Positions 39,903-49,892 of a DNA stretch of 64,000 nucleotides are shown piece by piece. The translations under genes and the position numbers were made by a program. Source of the stretch: a bacterium. Its GTDB lineage: Bacteria; Hinthialibacterota; Hinthialibacteria; Hinthialibacterales; Hinthialibacteraceae. The stretch lies in contig CAXXMV010000006.1 of NCBI GenBank assembly GCA_963662285.2, positions 544,001-608,000 of the forward strand, given 5' to 3'. The number at the start of each line of letters is the position of its first letter. Within the stretch, counting starts at the first letter, position 1. The notes beneath the pieces were generated by a model. It did not search any database. It was given only the letters and a program-made list of their open reading frames with translations, and was not told the DNA's origin.

Positions 39903-42900
39903 ATGCGAATTTACCATATTAGAATACTGCTCGTTTTTACTCTATTACTAACCATAGCCAACGCCAGTTTTTCTGCGGATTGGATGGATGCCAGCGGCGC
40001 CAATGTGAAGACAGTGCTATGCGCTGAGGATAATCAATTCTCCTGGTATAACGGTCCGGGCGGGCAGGATGAGTGGCTGCTGAACTTCGGCGCTTCCAAT
40101 AAAACCCGTATGAAAGGGTACCAGGATATAACCGCTCTGAAATTTGATCTGACGGAATTTAGCGGACAAACAGTCGATGATGCCGAACTGCATGTAGCAC
40201 GAGCCGATGATACCCCGATATTCGCCCTGGTCGCTTCGACCATCAATGCTGATTGGAACGAAGGAAGCGGCTGGGGTTCCAATGCCAAAGTTGGCGAGTG
40301 CTGCTGGCGGTGGCGCAAGGCCCCGGTTGATCCGGGTCATCCATCCCCTGATGCAGAATGGACATTTCCGCACAGTGATTTTTCATCCGCCGCATTCGGC
40401 AATTTCGGTTCGTTGGTCTCTTATGCTTACAAAGCCAGTGAAACGTTTGAATCTTACGCCATTGGCAACCAGACATGGCTGCGCATGAAACTTGATCCCC
40501 GTCTGGTTCATGCACTGATGCTCGATCAGTATGGTTTAGCCGTCACCGATCCGCGTGGTTATAATCATCTTAATCCCCGGATTTACACCAAAGATCAAAA
40601 CCAGTCGCTCGCTCCCCGCTTGCTGATACGCCTATCCAACAGCCAGGATACTCAACCGCCGGGCGCTGTTTCATCAATGCAGGTTGAGAACGGGGCGTTG
40701 GATGGCCAGGCCGTTTTATCATTCCATGCGCCCACGGGGGCGCCTGAGGATCAACCATTCGGTTATACCGTGCGATACTCAACTACTGATGATTTTGAGG
40801 CTGCCGAAGATATTGCGCGATGGAGGATTCCCCGTCCGGCTGATCCTGATACGCTGCAACGGATTCCCCTAGATGACCTGATTCCTGGAACGGTATATCA
40901 TTTCTTCGTTCAGACCTATGATAGCGCCGGAAATCGTGGTTTGGTCACGCATGTCCAACATACGCTTCCAGCAGAACGCCCTGTTCCCATATTGGCTAAT
41001 GGCGCTATCAATATCCCTGATCCTAGCTCACGAAGCATCCGCACGGTTCCTCAAGTTTTGCGCTACTGGGCATGTTCGGAAATTATCAAGGTCAATCCAA
41101 CAACCGGCAACCGCATGGCTGACGGATACAACAATAGCGGCGCTGATGACTATAAAAAAGCCAATGTAGTCTGGGATGCGGAAAGCAATACCATCTCTCT
41201 GTCTGCGTCAAGAAATGAGATTGTGGGATATCAGCTGATACTGGAGCGTCTCGGTCTTTCGCTTACGGATGTTAAGATATCAGCGGGTTCTTTGGTTGGC
41301 CCGGAGGGAATAGAAATCGCGGCGCAACCTAATATCGAAACTTTTCTGCTCCACTATGTGCAGGATAGTAGCCTATGGTATCCCGACGCGGCCATCCCTC
41401 TGCAAGCGCCGTTTCCAACTGCATTTTCGATCCCTGATCAAAATCATAATCCTGATGGAAGCCATCAATCCGTCTGGTGCGATATATACGCGCCCAAGAC
41501 CGCGAATCCTGGAGATTACCAAGGAACGATAACCATCAGCGCCAACGAACTGGATGCTCCGGTTGATATCAATGTTAAACTCAAGATCAGCCCGGTGGTG
41601 ATACCTGATGAACTCAGTTTTATCGTTGACTTGAATGGCTATGGCAACAAGTGGGATTACGGGAATCGCGCTGCAACCCGGCTGCGATGGTTTCAGACCT
41701 GCCAGAAACACCGCATGTCTCTCAATACTCTGGCTTATGGTTGGAACGCGAATATTACCTCTGACCGGGCGCCCCGGTTATCCGGTTCGGGCGGTAATAT
41801 CCAAATTGCGGACTGGTCGAATTTCGACGAAGACTACGGCGCCCTATTCGATGGAAGCGCTTTCTCTCCCGATAACCCAATCAGCCCCTACACCGGCCCT
41901 GGCATGAACCAGCCGGTAAGCACTTTCTACACTACCTTCTTCGAGTCGTGGCCCATACATGTAATTGATCCCAAGTATGGCTTTGATGCGCAAGGTCAGG
42001 GCGGGCCGTATTGGAATAATAAACTCGATACAGATAAAGACGCATTCTGGACAGATGCTCCCGATGTGCAGGACGCATTTACCGAGGATTATAAAAACGG
42101 CGTCAGTAAAATCGTCAAAGAATGGATGGAACACGCCCAGGCCAGCGGTTGGCATGATACTAACTTCCAAATATACCTGAACCATAAATATAGTTACAAC
42201 AATTGCGATGCGCTATGGATACTCGAAGAATGCACAACGGCTGACGATTTTCGCGCTGTCAATTTCTTTCATTCCCTCTACCGGCAAGGAGCGCAAATGG
42301 CTGACGCTCCCGATGTGCAATGGCATTTCCGCATTGATATCAGCGACCGCTGGGGACAGCATTATGGTCAACTCGATAACCTGATCAACTGGTACGTCAT
42401 GAACCAGGGGTCGTCTGATTGGCATTGGCCTCATATCCGCTACCGCAACATTCTTAATAAAAATCAGGAGCAATGGGTCTGGTATGGCGGCGGCCCGTCT
42501 CCTATGGATTCCGGCAGTCTCCATGCTCAGCGTTTTATCCAAGCCTGGGCGCAGGGGCTTGATGGCGGGCTGCCCTATTGGGATAACTTTCAAACCAGTT
42601 GGTCGCAGGCCAAGGCATTATCAACGGTCTATTCGGGTAAAAGCGTACCCGGCTTCGGAGTCTACCAAGGCCCTATCATGAGCATCCGCGTAAAAATGAT
42701 GCGGCAGGCGCAGCAGATAATCGAATTAGCCAACCTGCTGGCGCAACAAGACAGATGGAATCGACAGCGCGTAACTCAATCACTGTTGAGTAAATACGGC
42801 GATGGTGATTGGAACCGATCCTTTGCCGGACTCAACGAGCAATCAATCTATCAATTACGCGCTGACCTAATGGCGGCGCTGGAACCTTTCTTTCAATCCG

Positions 42901-42932
42901 ATATGAATGTGAAAGGATTTGAAATATATTAG
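39903..42932 (+). CDS. Large secreted multidomain protein (DNRLRE-like domain, fibronectin type III, GH123/DUF4091-like region)
   Basis: Signal peptide MRIYHIR...; LKFDL..AEL, DTQPPG..YTVRYS..DLIPGT.Y.F.V..YD.AGN (FN3), RNE..GYQ, PDAAIP, SVWCDIY.P...PGDYQG. Confidence 0.72.
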   Translation: MRIYHIRILLVFTLLLTIANASFSADWMDASGANVKTVLCAEDNQFSWYNGPGGQDEWLLNFGASNKTRMKGYQDITALKFDLTEFSGQTVDDAELHVARADDTPIFALVASTINADWNEGSGWGSNAKVGECCWRWRKAPVDPGHPSPDAEWTFPHSDFSSAAFGNFGSLVSYAYKASETFESYAIGNQTWLRMKLDPRLVHALMLDQYGLAVTDPRGYNHLNPRIYTKDQNQSLAPRLLIRLSNSQDTQPPGAVSSMQVENGALDGQAVLSFHAPTGAPEDQPFGYTVRYSTTDDFEAAEDIARWRIPRPADPDTLQRIPLDDLIPGTVYHFFVQTYDSAGNRGLVTHVQHTLPAERPVPILANGAINIPDPSSRSIRTVPQVLRYWACSEIIKVNPTTGNRMADGYNNSGADDYKKANVVWDAESNTISLSASRNEIVGYQLILERLGLSLTDVKISAGSLVGPEGIEIAAQPNIETFLLHYVQDSSLWYPDAAIPLQAPFPTAFSIPDQNHNPDGSHQSVWCDIYAPKTANPGDYQGTITISANELDAPVDINVKLKISPVVIPDELSFIVDLNGYGNKWDYGNRAATRLRWFQTCQKHRMSLNTLAYGWNANITSDRAPRLSGSGGNIQIADWSNFDEDYGALFDGSAFSPDNPISPYTGPGMNQPVSTFYTTFFESWPIHVIDPKYGFDAQGQGGPYWNNKLDTDKDAFWTDAPDVQDAFTEDYKNGVSKIVKEWMEHAQASGWHDTNFQIYLNHKYSYNNCDALWILEECTTADDFRAVNFFHSLYRQGAQMADAPDVQWHFRIDISDRWGQHYGQLDNLINWYVMNQGSSDWHWPHIRYRNILNKNQEQWVWYGGGPSPMDSGSLHAQRFIQAWAQGLDGGLPYWDNFQTSWSQAKALSTVYSGKSVPGFGVYQGPIMSIRVKMMRQAQQIIELANLLAQQDRWNRQRVTQSLLSKYGDGDWNRSFAGLNEQSIYQLRADLMAALEPFFQSDMNVKGFEIY

Positions 42933-42952
42933 GAGTGGTTCTACAGCATAAA

Positions 42953-43038
42953 AGGGTGGGTCGCGTTTTATGACCCACCGAACGAAGCAATAAATTTGTT
43001 ATAATCGGTGGGTCGGCAAAGTGCGATCTCATCATACG
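42953..43038. repeat. Degenerate REP pair (family A variant GGTGGGTC...GACCCACC)
   Basis: AGGGTGGGTCGCGTTTTATGACCCACCG and a second GGTGGGTC; similar copies at 44343-44400 and, degenerate, ~12870-12898. Confidence 0.65.
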
Positions 43039-43041
43039 GGA

Positions 43042-44055
43042 TTAATCATGCAATCCCTTGGCTCTAAGCATGGGGATCAAAATTTCCATGTGGTCGGATT
43101 GGATGTAATCGGGCAGGGTTTCGATTACGTTTTTTATGGCCCATTCGGTGTCGTGTCCCATGGTGTTCATGAAGGATTTCTTACTGGATGTGTGTATATC
43201 CCTAACCAGGCGGTGAGAGTATTCTTTCCAATCAATATTGACGATGGGCGCATCGAATTTCTGGATTATGATCGGTAAACCTATAGCGCCAATGGGTACG
43301 CCTGGACGCCAGAAAAATTCATTGGATAACTTTTTAGTTTTTTCCAGTAATTCCCAATTGCCGCAATAGAGAGTGCATTTACCCAGCAGGCCATGCTTGG
43401 TAACCGCCGCGATAACTTTCTCCGGCGTTCCTGCTTTGAAATCAATATCAGGCAGCGCTTTTCCTTTTATGAATTCCAATGCTTCGTCAAAGGTAGGAAC
43501 GCTGGTTCCCTTAAACTCAGGTGAGAACCATGAACCGGCGTCAAGTTGCTTGATTTCGGCCAGAGTCAGGTCGGAGACATTTCCCGAACCATTGGTGGTG
43601 CGGTTGACGGTGGAGTCATGCATTATCACCAGATGGCCGTCTTTGGTTTCGCGGACGTCCATTTCCAGCAGGTCGGCGCCCAGCCCGATAGCTTTTTTGA
43701 ATGCGGGGATGGTGTTTTCCGGGGCGAACTTGGTGTTGCCGCGATGGCCAACCGCTTTGACGCCTTCCCATTTATAAAATGGCTGGCCGTTTTTGGTCAT
43801 GGATAGCAACCGTGCGGCCTTAGCGTGTACTATGCCCTGGTATCCGTCAGAACCGCATTTGCCGGTGATTTCATAATAGGGGATTCCGTTTGAATGGTAC
43901 AAACGTATGGCGTCGGTTCTAAATTGAGAAACCTGCATTTCAAGCAGATGCAGCGCTTCAATTTCGTCGATTGTCTGACTATAGACTGGCTGCGCGAAGA
44001 TGCAGATGAATAGAAGTACTATGTGGATTTGATGCTTGTGGATTAACTGTTTCAT
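43042..44055 (-). CDS. Secreted glycerophosphodiester phosphodiesterase (GDPD)
   Basis: GHRG...APENTIPAF, EMDVRETKDG.LVIMHD; signal peptide. Confidence 0.9.
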   Translation of the reverse strand: MKQLIHKHQIHIVLLFICIFAQPVYSQTIDEIEALHLLEMQVSQFRTDAIRLYHSNGIPYYEITGKCGSDGYQGIVHAKAARLLSMTKNGQPFYKWEGVKAVGHRGNTKFAPENTIPAFKKAIGLGADLLEMDVRETKDGHLVIMHDSTVNRTTNGSGNVSDLTLAEIKQLDAGSWFSPEFKGTSVPTFDEALEFIKGKALPDIDFKAGTPEKVIAAVTKHGLLGKCTLYCGNWELLEKTKKLSNEFFWRPGVPIGAIGLPIIIQKFDAPIVNIDWKEYSHRLVRDIHTSSKKSFMNTMGHDTEWAIKNVIETLPDYIQSDHMEILIPMLRAKGLHD

Positions 44056-44256
44056 CTTATTTTCCTTTTATTTTTGATTGAGTTTAATTTATATATTAAC
44101 ATACCAAAATTATGGCCGTAAATATAAGCGTCCCTGTCAAAATGGGTAAAAAATGTTAGAAAATTATTCAAGATTACAGAAACTATGTTAAATTCACGAC
44201 ATTGAAAATAAGTAATAGGTCAGTTCATTGTTTTAGAATCGCTCTTTCCTTATATT

Positions 44257-44400
44257 GGGTGGCTTGATCAAGGGCTGACCGCGATGCGGTCTTGCCCTTG
44301 CCACCCGTCTTTCCGCCCTTAATTAAACAAGCCTACGCGTATGGTGGGTCACGCCTCACCGACCCACCGGGAATAATTTATTAATTAGGTAGCCCACCAC
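44257..44400. repeat. Family B palindrome (44257-44308) followed by family A variant REP(s)
   Basis: GGGTGGC..ATCAAGGGCTGACCGCGATGCGGTCTTGCCCTTGCCACCC; GGTGGGTC..GACCCACC. Confidence 0.75.
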
Positions 44401-44489
44401 GAATAACTTAATGACATCAACTCCGCCCTCCCCCGATTTTTCCGAGGATACATATATAATCGGTTCATATAATCCGAATAGAGAATCAA

Positions 44490-45884
44490 TTGAAAACTAA
44501 TAAAAGCGTATCAATAGAAATATATTTATGCCTGTTCATATTCAGCGGCCTGGCGCTTAGCTTCGCCGGGCATGGCACGTTTGTGGATGAAAACCTGATA
44601 ATTCAAACGGTCGAGTCATTGGTTGAGCACGGTGAATTGACGGTTACCAAGATGTTTCAAGCGCTGGAAGGACCTGATGGGAAATATTACAGCCGTTACG
44701 GCATCGCATTCCCATTGGCGTTGACGCCGTTTTATCTTATCGGTGAACTGCTGGATTGGTTTTTCCCGGAGACTAAAGCATTCTTCGGCAATGCGAATTT
44801 CTTTATGATGCTGTGGGGCAACCTGTTGTTTACGGTGTTGACTGGCTGGCTGTTTTACCGGATATGCAGATTGTTGGAAGCGGGGGCGCGCTTATCAGTG
44901 TTGTTGGCTTTAGCGCTTATCTTTTCTACGCCTTATTGGCCCTATAGCCAGACCTTGTATCGCCTGACCGCCTCCAGCGCACTGCTGCTTGGCGCGCTCT
45001 ATCTTATTCTGCTTTATCTCAAGAGTCCAAAGAAGAACCTTTTGTTTTACCTAGTCGCATTGACAGCTGTAGGATTAAACCTGCGCGAAGATTTAGTGCT
45101 GGCCCTTATGGCGATGGGACTCTATGTCCTTTTTTACGGCAAATCACCCAGCCGATGGTGGTGCGCTGCGTCCTTGATCATCGGCGCCATTCTGGGCTGC
45201 CTGATTTGGGCGGGACATAACTGGATTCGCTTCGGAGCGTTTTTTGTAGAGAATTATTCCGATCTATCCTTCAACTCGTCGCTGATTATTACCTGCCCGG
45301 AATTGTTGTTCGGGTTGCGCCGGGGAATTATTGTATACACTCCATTGTCGTTGATTCTGGTTATATCGTTCTACACTGCCAGAAAGTGCGGCCGGATGGG
45401 ACTATGGCTGCTCTGTTGCTTCATTATCCTGGTCTACCTGCTGCTCTATTCTAAATCGAGCATGTGGCATGGCGGGCTGTGCTGGGGGCCGCGTCATATG
45501 TATTTTCTGCTGCCATTCTGCTTGCTTCCCGGTATATGGTTGTGGAAAAACGGAGTTTCAAGTATAAGCAAGATATTTCTATTCATGGCTATTGGCATTG
45601 GAATGATGGTGAACTGGCCTGGAGTGTATGCGCACCAGGGCCGTTATCAGGATTTCTTCAGCAGCCCATCTATATTTCCATTAATACTAAAACCTGTAGT
45701 GCATCCAGACTATATAACCTATGAAGAACTAGACCTGTGGTGGATCCGCATAATTAAAATGAATCCAATGTCGCTTTGGCCTATTGTTTTTATGGCTATG
45801 ATTGCTCTGTTAATCTGGAGCGGGATGAAACTTTGGAAATCTCTTGCTGCAGAAGATAATAGAATTGAGCGATTCTCGAACTAA
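44490..45884 (+). CDS. Polytopic membrane protein, GT-C glycosyltransferase-like
   Basis: N-terminal 'VDE', YSRYGI, TPYWPYS, W.GG.CWGPR motif; many TMs. Confidence 0.7.
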   Translation: MKTNKSVSIEIYLCLFIFSGLALSFAGHGTFVDENLIIQTVESLVEHGELTVTKMFQALEGPDGKYYSRYGIAFPLALTPFYLIGELLDWFFPETKAFFGNANFFMMLWGNLLFTVLTGWLFYRICRLLEAGARLSVLLALALIFSTPYWPYSQTLYRLTASSALLLGALYLILLYLKSPKKNLLFYLVALTAVGLNLREDLVLALMAMGLYVLFYGKSPSRWWCAASLIIGAILGCLIWAGHNWIRFGAFFVENYSDLSFNSSLIITCPELLFGLRRGIIVYTPLSLILVISFYTARKCGRMGLWLLCCFIILVYLLLYSKSSMWHGGLCWGPRHMYFLLPFCLLPGIWLWKNGVSSISKIFLFMAIGIGMMVNWPGVYAHQGRYQDFFSSPSIFPLILKPVVHPDYITYEELDLWWIRIIKMNPMSLWPIVFMAMIALLIWSGMKLWKSLAAEDNRIERFSN

Positions 45885-45919
45885 CACGTTTGCTTAACGG
45901 ATAAATTTTTGTTAACCAC

Positions 45920-47563
45920 ATGAAACATTTCATACTTCTCATATTTGTTTTACCATTTAAGATCAACCGAAATCAGCTGCGTTCCATAGGTTGGGAGGAT
46001 TGCTTCAAACACACGGTTCTCATAGGTTTCGGGCTGGGCGTTGCATGGGTCGAGTACATTATGTTCATAAAACTATGGAGCATAGTCGGCTCGCTGCCCA
46101 TGGGATTCATGCTGGTTCTGCCTCGCTTTTTTTCGTGGGTGGGATCATTCCTCTTTGCGTTTCTGGCCTATTCCAGTTTCCTAACCGCCTTATCTTCGCT
46201 CTATACATCAGAAGATTTAGAGTTTCTGGTTGCTTCTCCCGCATCAAAATCCCTGGTGCTTTTGACCAAGTGGATTAATGTGGCTGTGCATAGCGGGTCT
46301 ACTCTAGTCTTTTTGTCGCTGCCGCCAGTCATTGCTTTGATTCAAACTCTTGATATATCGATATTTTTTCTACTTGCATATACCGCATCGATTGTTGCGT
46401 TCGCCAGTATAGCCGTCAGTCTGGGCGTCTGGATTGCGATGTTGCTGGCAGCGGTCTTCCCATTAAAACGTATGCACCAAACGGCGGCCATTCTTGGTCT
46501 ATGCATGGCGGCAATGTTGATAACCGGATTAAGATTTCTAAATATCGAAACGCTATGGAGCGAAAACCCTGATTCGAATCCATTGATAATATATTTGCAA
46601 TCTGAACAATCATCTTTGGTAAAGTATGGTCCGGGGCGATTGTTTGCCGAATCAGTAATGCCTTTTCTGTCAAATTCATCTGCATGGGGATTCTGGATGA
46701 TCCTGGGGGCGGGTCTGGTTTTCTTGTTATGTACGGTTATTGCTGGGAAAAGGTTATTCCTGAGAGGATGGCGGCGCAGCATAGAGCAAAGCGACCCACT
46801 GGTTAATGCTTCAGTTGCTATGTCTTCCAACAATCTATCTGAAAAGCAGACCAGTTCTTTCGGTTCATTGCTATGGAAAGACTGGTTGATGTTCAAGCGC
46901 GACCCGACTATATGGACCCAGTTATTCATGATGGTTCCACTGGCGACGCTTTATCTTTTGAATTTATCTTTCCTGCCCCTGAATGATAAAGGTTTGACGC
47001 CTTTTTACGCTGTTGCTGATGTCGGGCTTATTGCTTTGATCATCTCCGCTATCGGCGCACGGTTTTTGTTTCCATCCGCCAGCCGTGAAGGGAAGGCGGT
47101 CTGGATTCCCGTTGCTTCTCCGGTTAAGGCGGGAGAAATAATTCTTCAGAAAGTACTGCTCCTGGTAACGCCGGTTTTGCTTTTGGCTGGATGCTTGCTC
47201 TTGGGTTCAGCGCTAGTATTGCAAATGCCTCTTGAGTGGATGGCATGGTGCATGTCGTATGGTATGATCATCTCATTATTAATATGTTTATTGGCGGTTT
47301 TTCTGGGATTCTGCTTGCCCATGTATTCCTACCGCCATCTATTAGAGGTTTCGCTGGGTAAAGGATCGTTTCTGTTTATGGTTATTTCGCTGCTGCAAAT
47401 CAGCGTCTTTACTTATTGCGCGATAAACTCAATTATGATTGATCCAACCCAAGTTCCATTTATAGATATGACGCTAATGAGTTGCATCATTGTATGGATT
47501 CTAGTGACCGTTGTCAGTTATTACCTTGCCAAACGAAAATGGGGATTATTGATATATAGGTGA
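45920..47563 (+). CDS. Putative ABC-2-type exporter permease
   Basis: Two TM blocks; 'LY.SEDLEFL.ASP', 'LWKD...F.RD', 'SREGKA.W....SP'. Confidence 0.8.
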   Translation: MKHFILLIFVLPFKINRNQLRSIGWEDCFKHTVLIGFGLGVAWVEYIMFIKLWSIVGSLPMGFMLVLPRFFSWVGSFLFAFLAYSSFLTALSSLYTSEDLEFLVASPASKSLVLLTKWINVAVHSGSTLVFLSLPPVIALIQTLDISIFFLLAYTASIVAFASIAVSLGVWIAMLLAAVFPLKRMHQTAAILGLCMAAMLITGLRFLNIETLWSENPDSNPLIIYLQSEQSSLVKYGPGRLFAESVMPFLSNSSAWGFWMILGAGLVFLLCTVIAGKRLFLRGWRRSIEQSDPLVNASVAMSSNNLSEKQTSSFGSLLWKDWLMFKRDPTIWTQLFMMVPLATLYLLNLSFLPLNDKGLTPFYAVADVGLIALIISAIGARFLFPSASREGKAVWIPVASPVKAGEIILQKVLLLVTPVLLLAGCLLLGSALVLQMPLEWMAWCMSYGMIISLLICLLAVFLGFCLPMYSYRHLLEVSLGKGSFLFMVISLLQISVFTYCAINSIMIDPTQVPFIDMTLMSCIIVWILVTVVSYYLAKRKWGLLIYR

Positions 47564-47701
47564 AACTATTGTTCAACAGGTTTGATAAGAATTGCTCTGT
47601 CATGTAGGATAATATTGAAGAAATTGTATTAGAGAGGTTTTTATATACTATGTAGGATCGCTCTAAACATATTAACTCATTGATCTAAAGGAGAATGCGA
47701 A

Positions 47702-48511
47702 ATGAATTTACGTAAATATGCATTATGGACGGCTTGCCTGGTTTTCTGTTCTATCCTGGCTGTTCCGGCGGTATATGCTGATGAACCAATCAAAGTATTG
47801 TTTATCACCAAGTCTTCGGGATATGAACATTCAGTGGTTCATCGTGAAAACGGGGAACTGGGATTCGCTGAAAAAGTTATGCTGGATATCGCTGAAGAGA
47901 ATGGCTTGTTCGTGGTTCCAACCAAAGACGGTGGATTGATTCACCCCAAAATGCTGGAAGCCTTTGATGTGGTGATGTTTTATACTACTGGAGAATTGGA
48001 TCAACCGAATCAGAAGGATATGAGCGCAGCCATGAATCCCGCCAATCGTCAGGCTCTGTTGGATTGGGTGAAAAAGGGCGGCGCTTTCGTTGCATCTCAC
48101 ACCGCGTCTGATACCTTTCATCAATGGGTCGATGAAGATGGCAAGAAACCTTATATCGATTTCGTCGGCGGAGAATTCGCCTGGCATCATTCACAGCAGA
48201 ATGGCGTCCTGAGCGTCGTCAAAGATCATCCCATTACCTCTCATATTAAAAGCCCCTGGGTTATTGCGGATGAATGGTATTATTTCAAGAATGTATCGGG
48301 TACTTTCACGCCATTGTTGACCATCGACACCAAAAAGATGAAAGAAGATGATTACAAAAAACAAGATCCTTATCCCGTAACCTGGATCGAAGAATATGGT
48401 AAGGGACGTATCTTTTCTTCAGCGCTGGGGCATCGTGAAGATGTTTGGACCAATCCTGATTTTCAGCAAATGCTGGTTAAAGGCATCAAGTGGGCCGCCA
48501 GAAAATTGTAA
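47702..48511 (+). CDS. Secreted ThuA-domain protein
   Basis: TKSSGYEHS, FYTTG, GGAFVASH.A.DT, DEWY, YGKGRIF..ALGH; AAGGAG RBS. Confidence 0.88.
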   Translation: MNLRKYALWTACLVFCSILAVPAVYADEPIKVLFITKSSGYEHSVVHRENGELGFAEKVMLDIAEENGLFVVPTKDGGLIHPKMLEAFDVVMFYTTGELDQPNQKDMSAAMNPANRQALLDWVKKGGAFVASHTASDTFHQWVDEDGKKPYIDFVGGEFAWHHSQQNGVLSVVKDHPITSHIKSPWVIADEWYYFKNVSGTFTPLLTIDTKKMKEDDYKKQDPYPVTWIEEYGKGRIFSSALGHREDVWTNPDFQQMLVKGIKWAARKL

Positions 48512-48543
48512 GATTATAAGCAGGATTATTTCATATTTGATAC

Positions 48544-48573
48544 AAAAAAAGCCTCTCCTTGGAGAGGCTTTTT
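48544..48573. terminator. Bidirectional intrinsic terminator
   Basis: AAAAAAAGCCTCTCC-TT-GGAGAGGCTTTTT between convergent genes. Confidence 0.85.
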
Positions 48574-48594
48574 ACTATCGAGACAGAAGGAATA

Positions 48595-49479
48595 TTAAGC
48601 GCTTTTTTCGTTCTTTTCCTGGCCTTTTTGCAGAATTTCTATTCTGCTATCCAACCATTTTTTTCCTTTACGGAGAATATTTCTGAATTTGATTAATACA
48701 TCCTTGTCTTCAGGAGATTTTGGTTGGATGGCGTCTGGCGTAACCAACGTGGCGATCAAGCACTTTTCATCTGGATTAGTAGTTTGGAAATTTAACAGTC
48801 CAGCAGCTTTAAGATATCGTGCAACGCTTTTACGGGCGTTCTTTTTTAATAAATTACAGACATCTTCTTCTTCAAGTACGATTTCCCGTATATGGTTGAG
48901 TAAACCGACTTGAGTACCACAGGCGGTTAGAGGCCGATCAGCCCCTGGAGGAATATCCACTTCAACATCAAATTTAGATGCAATCTCTTCTATCTTCATT
49001 GCTCTTTTTACGGCTTTTCCAAAAAGACCGGATTTTTCCGTTACGGTTGGGATAGTCCCGCCATTGACTTGTTTTACTCTATCTTTAAAGATATCCATAA
49101 CGCTGCGAACTTGCAGCGTCATACCTGCGAGTTTAAGGATCGTTAAAAGAGATTTGATCTTGTTGTTTTTAAAGTAAACGGGTCTTAATTCCGGAGCGAA
49201 AGCATAGTTGCCTATGGTTTGAAGTAGTTCTTTATATTCGCTGGTGACGCTTATAAATATTTCGCTATCACTTTCACCAACGCCGCTTAAAGATTGCAAA
49301 GAAAACGGAGTAGTGGATGTCGCTGATTTGCTGGAAACGCCGGAAGACATATCTCTTTTTACAGACTCAATATCCTCCACCGCCTTGATCATTTTAAGGC
49401 GTTGATTAATCTCATCCTGACTGATTTTTGATTTTGAAGCGCTTTTTTTCTGCATAATCATATGAGAGACCTCACTCAA
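48595..49479 (-). CDS. Hypothetical cytoplasmic protein
   Basis: 294-codon ORF with GAGGAG upstream; no family recognised. Confidence 0.7.
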   Translation of the reverse strand: MSEVSHMIMQKKSASKSKISQDEINQRLKMIKAVEDIESVKRDMSSGVSSKSATSTTPFSLQSLSGVGESDSEIFISVTSEYKELLQTIGNYAFAPELRPVYFKNNKIKSLLTILKLAGMTLQVRSVMDIFKDRVKQVNGGTIPTVTEKSGLFGKAVKRAMKIEEIASKFDVEVDIPPGADRPLTACGTQVGLLNHIREIVLEEEDVCNLLKKNARKSVARYLKAAGLLNFQTTNPDEKCLIATLVTPDAIQPKSPEDKDVLIKFRNILRKGKKWLDSRIEILQKGQEKNEKSA

Positions 49480-49892
49480 ATCTATTCGTCTCTCCTCACC
49501 AAATCCAAAAAATATAATGCAAAAGTAAATAAATAAATAAAGTTATATATTACATTTTAATTGATTATAAATATTTGTATAGCCTCAACTTGTTTTTATT
49601 GAGCAAATGTATCACCTTAAGACTAAAGAAGCGAATTAACTCTCTTAAGTATAATCGGTTTATCGATGCCATTAATGCGTTATTGATATTGTCTTTGTTA
49701 TATAGATTTCGGTAAATAGGCCAATAATTCAAAATAATTCAAAATAATTCTTTACTCTGCATCTATAATCCTCAGTAATTATCAATCAAAATAATCAATA
49801 ATCCGTCCTACAATCAGAGACCTTTACCTTTAATCATCGGACGGTAAAAAAAAATATTCAATTTTATTTTCTGATTGGACGATAATTATTTT

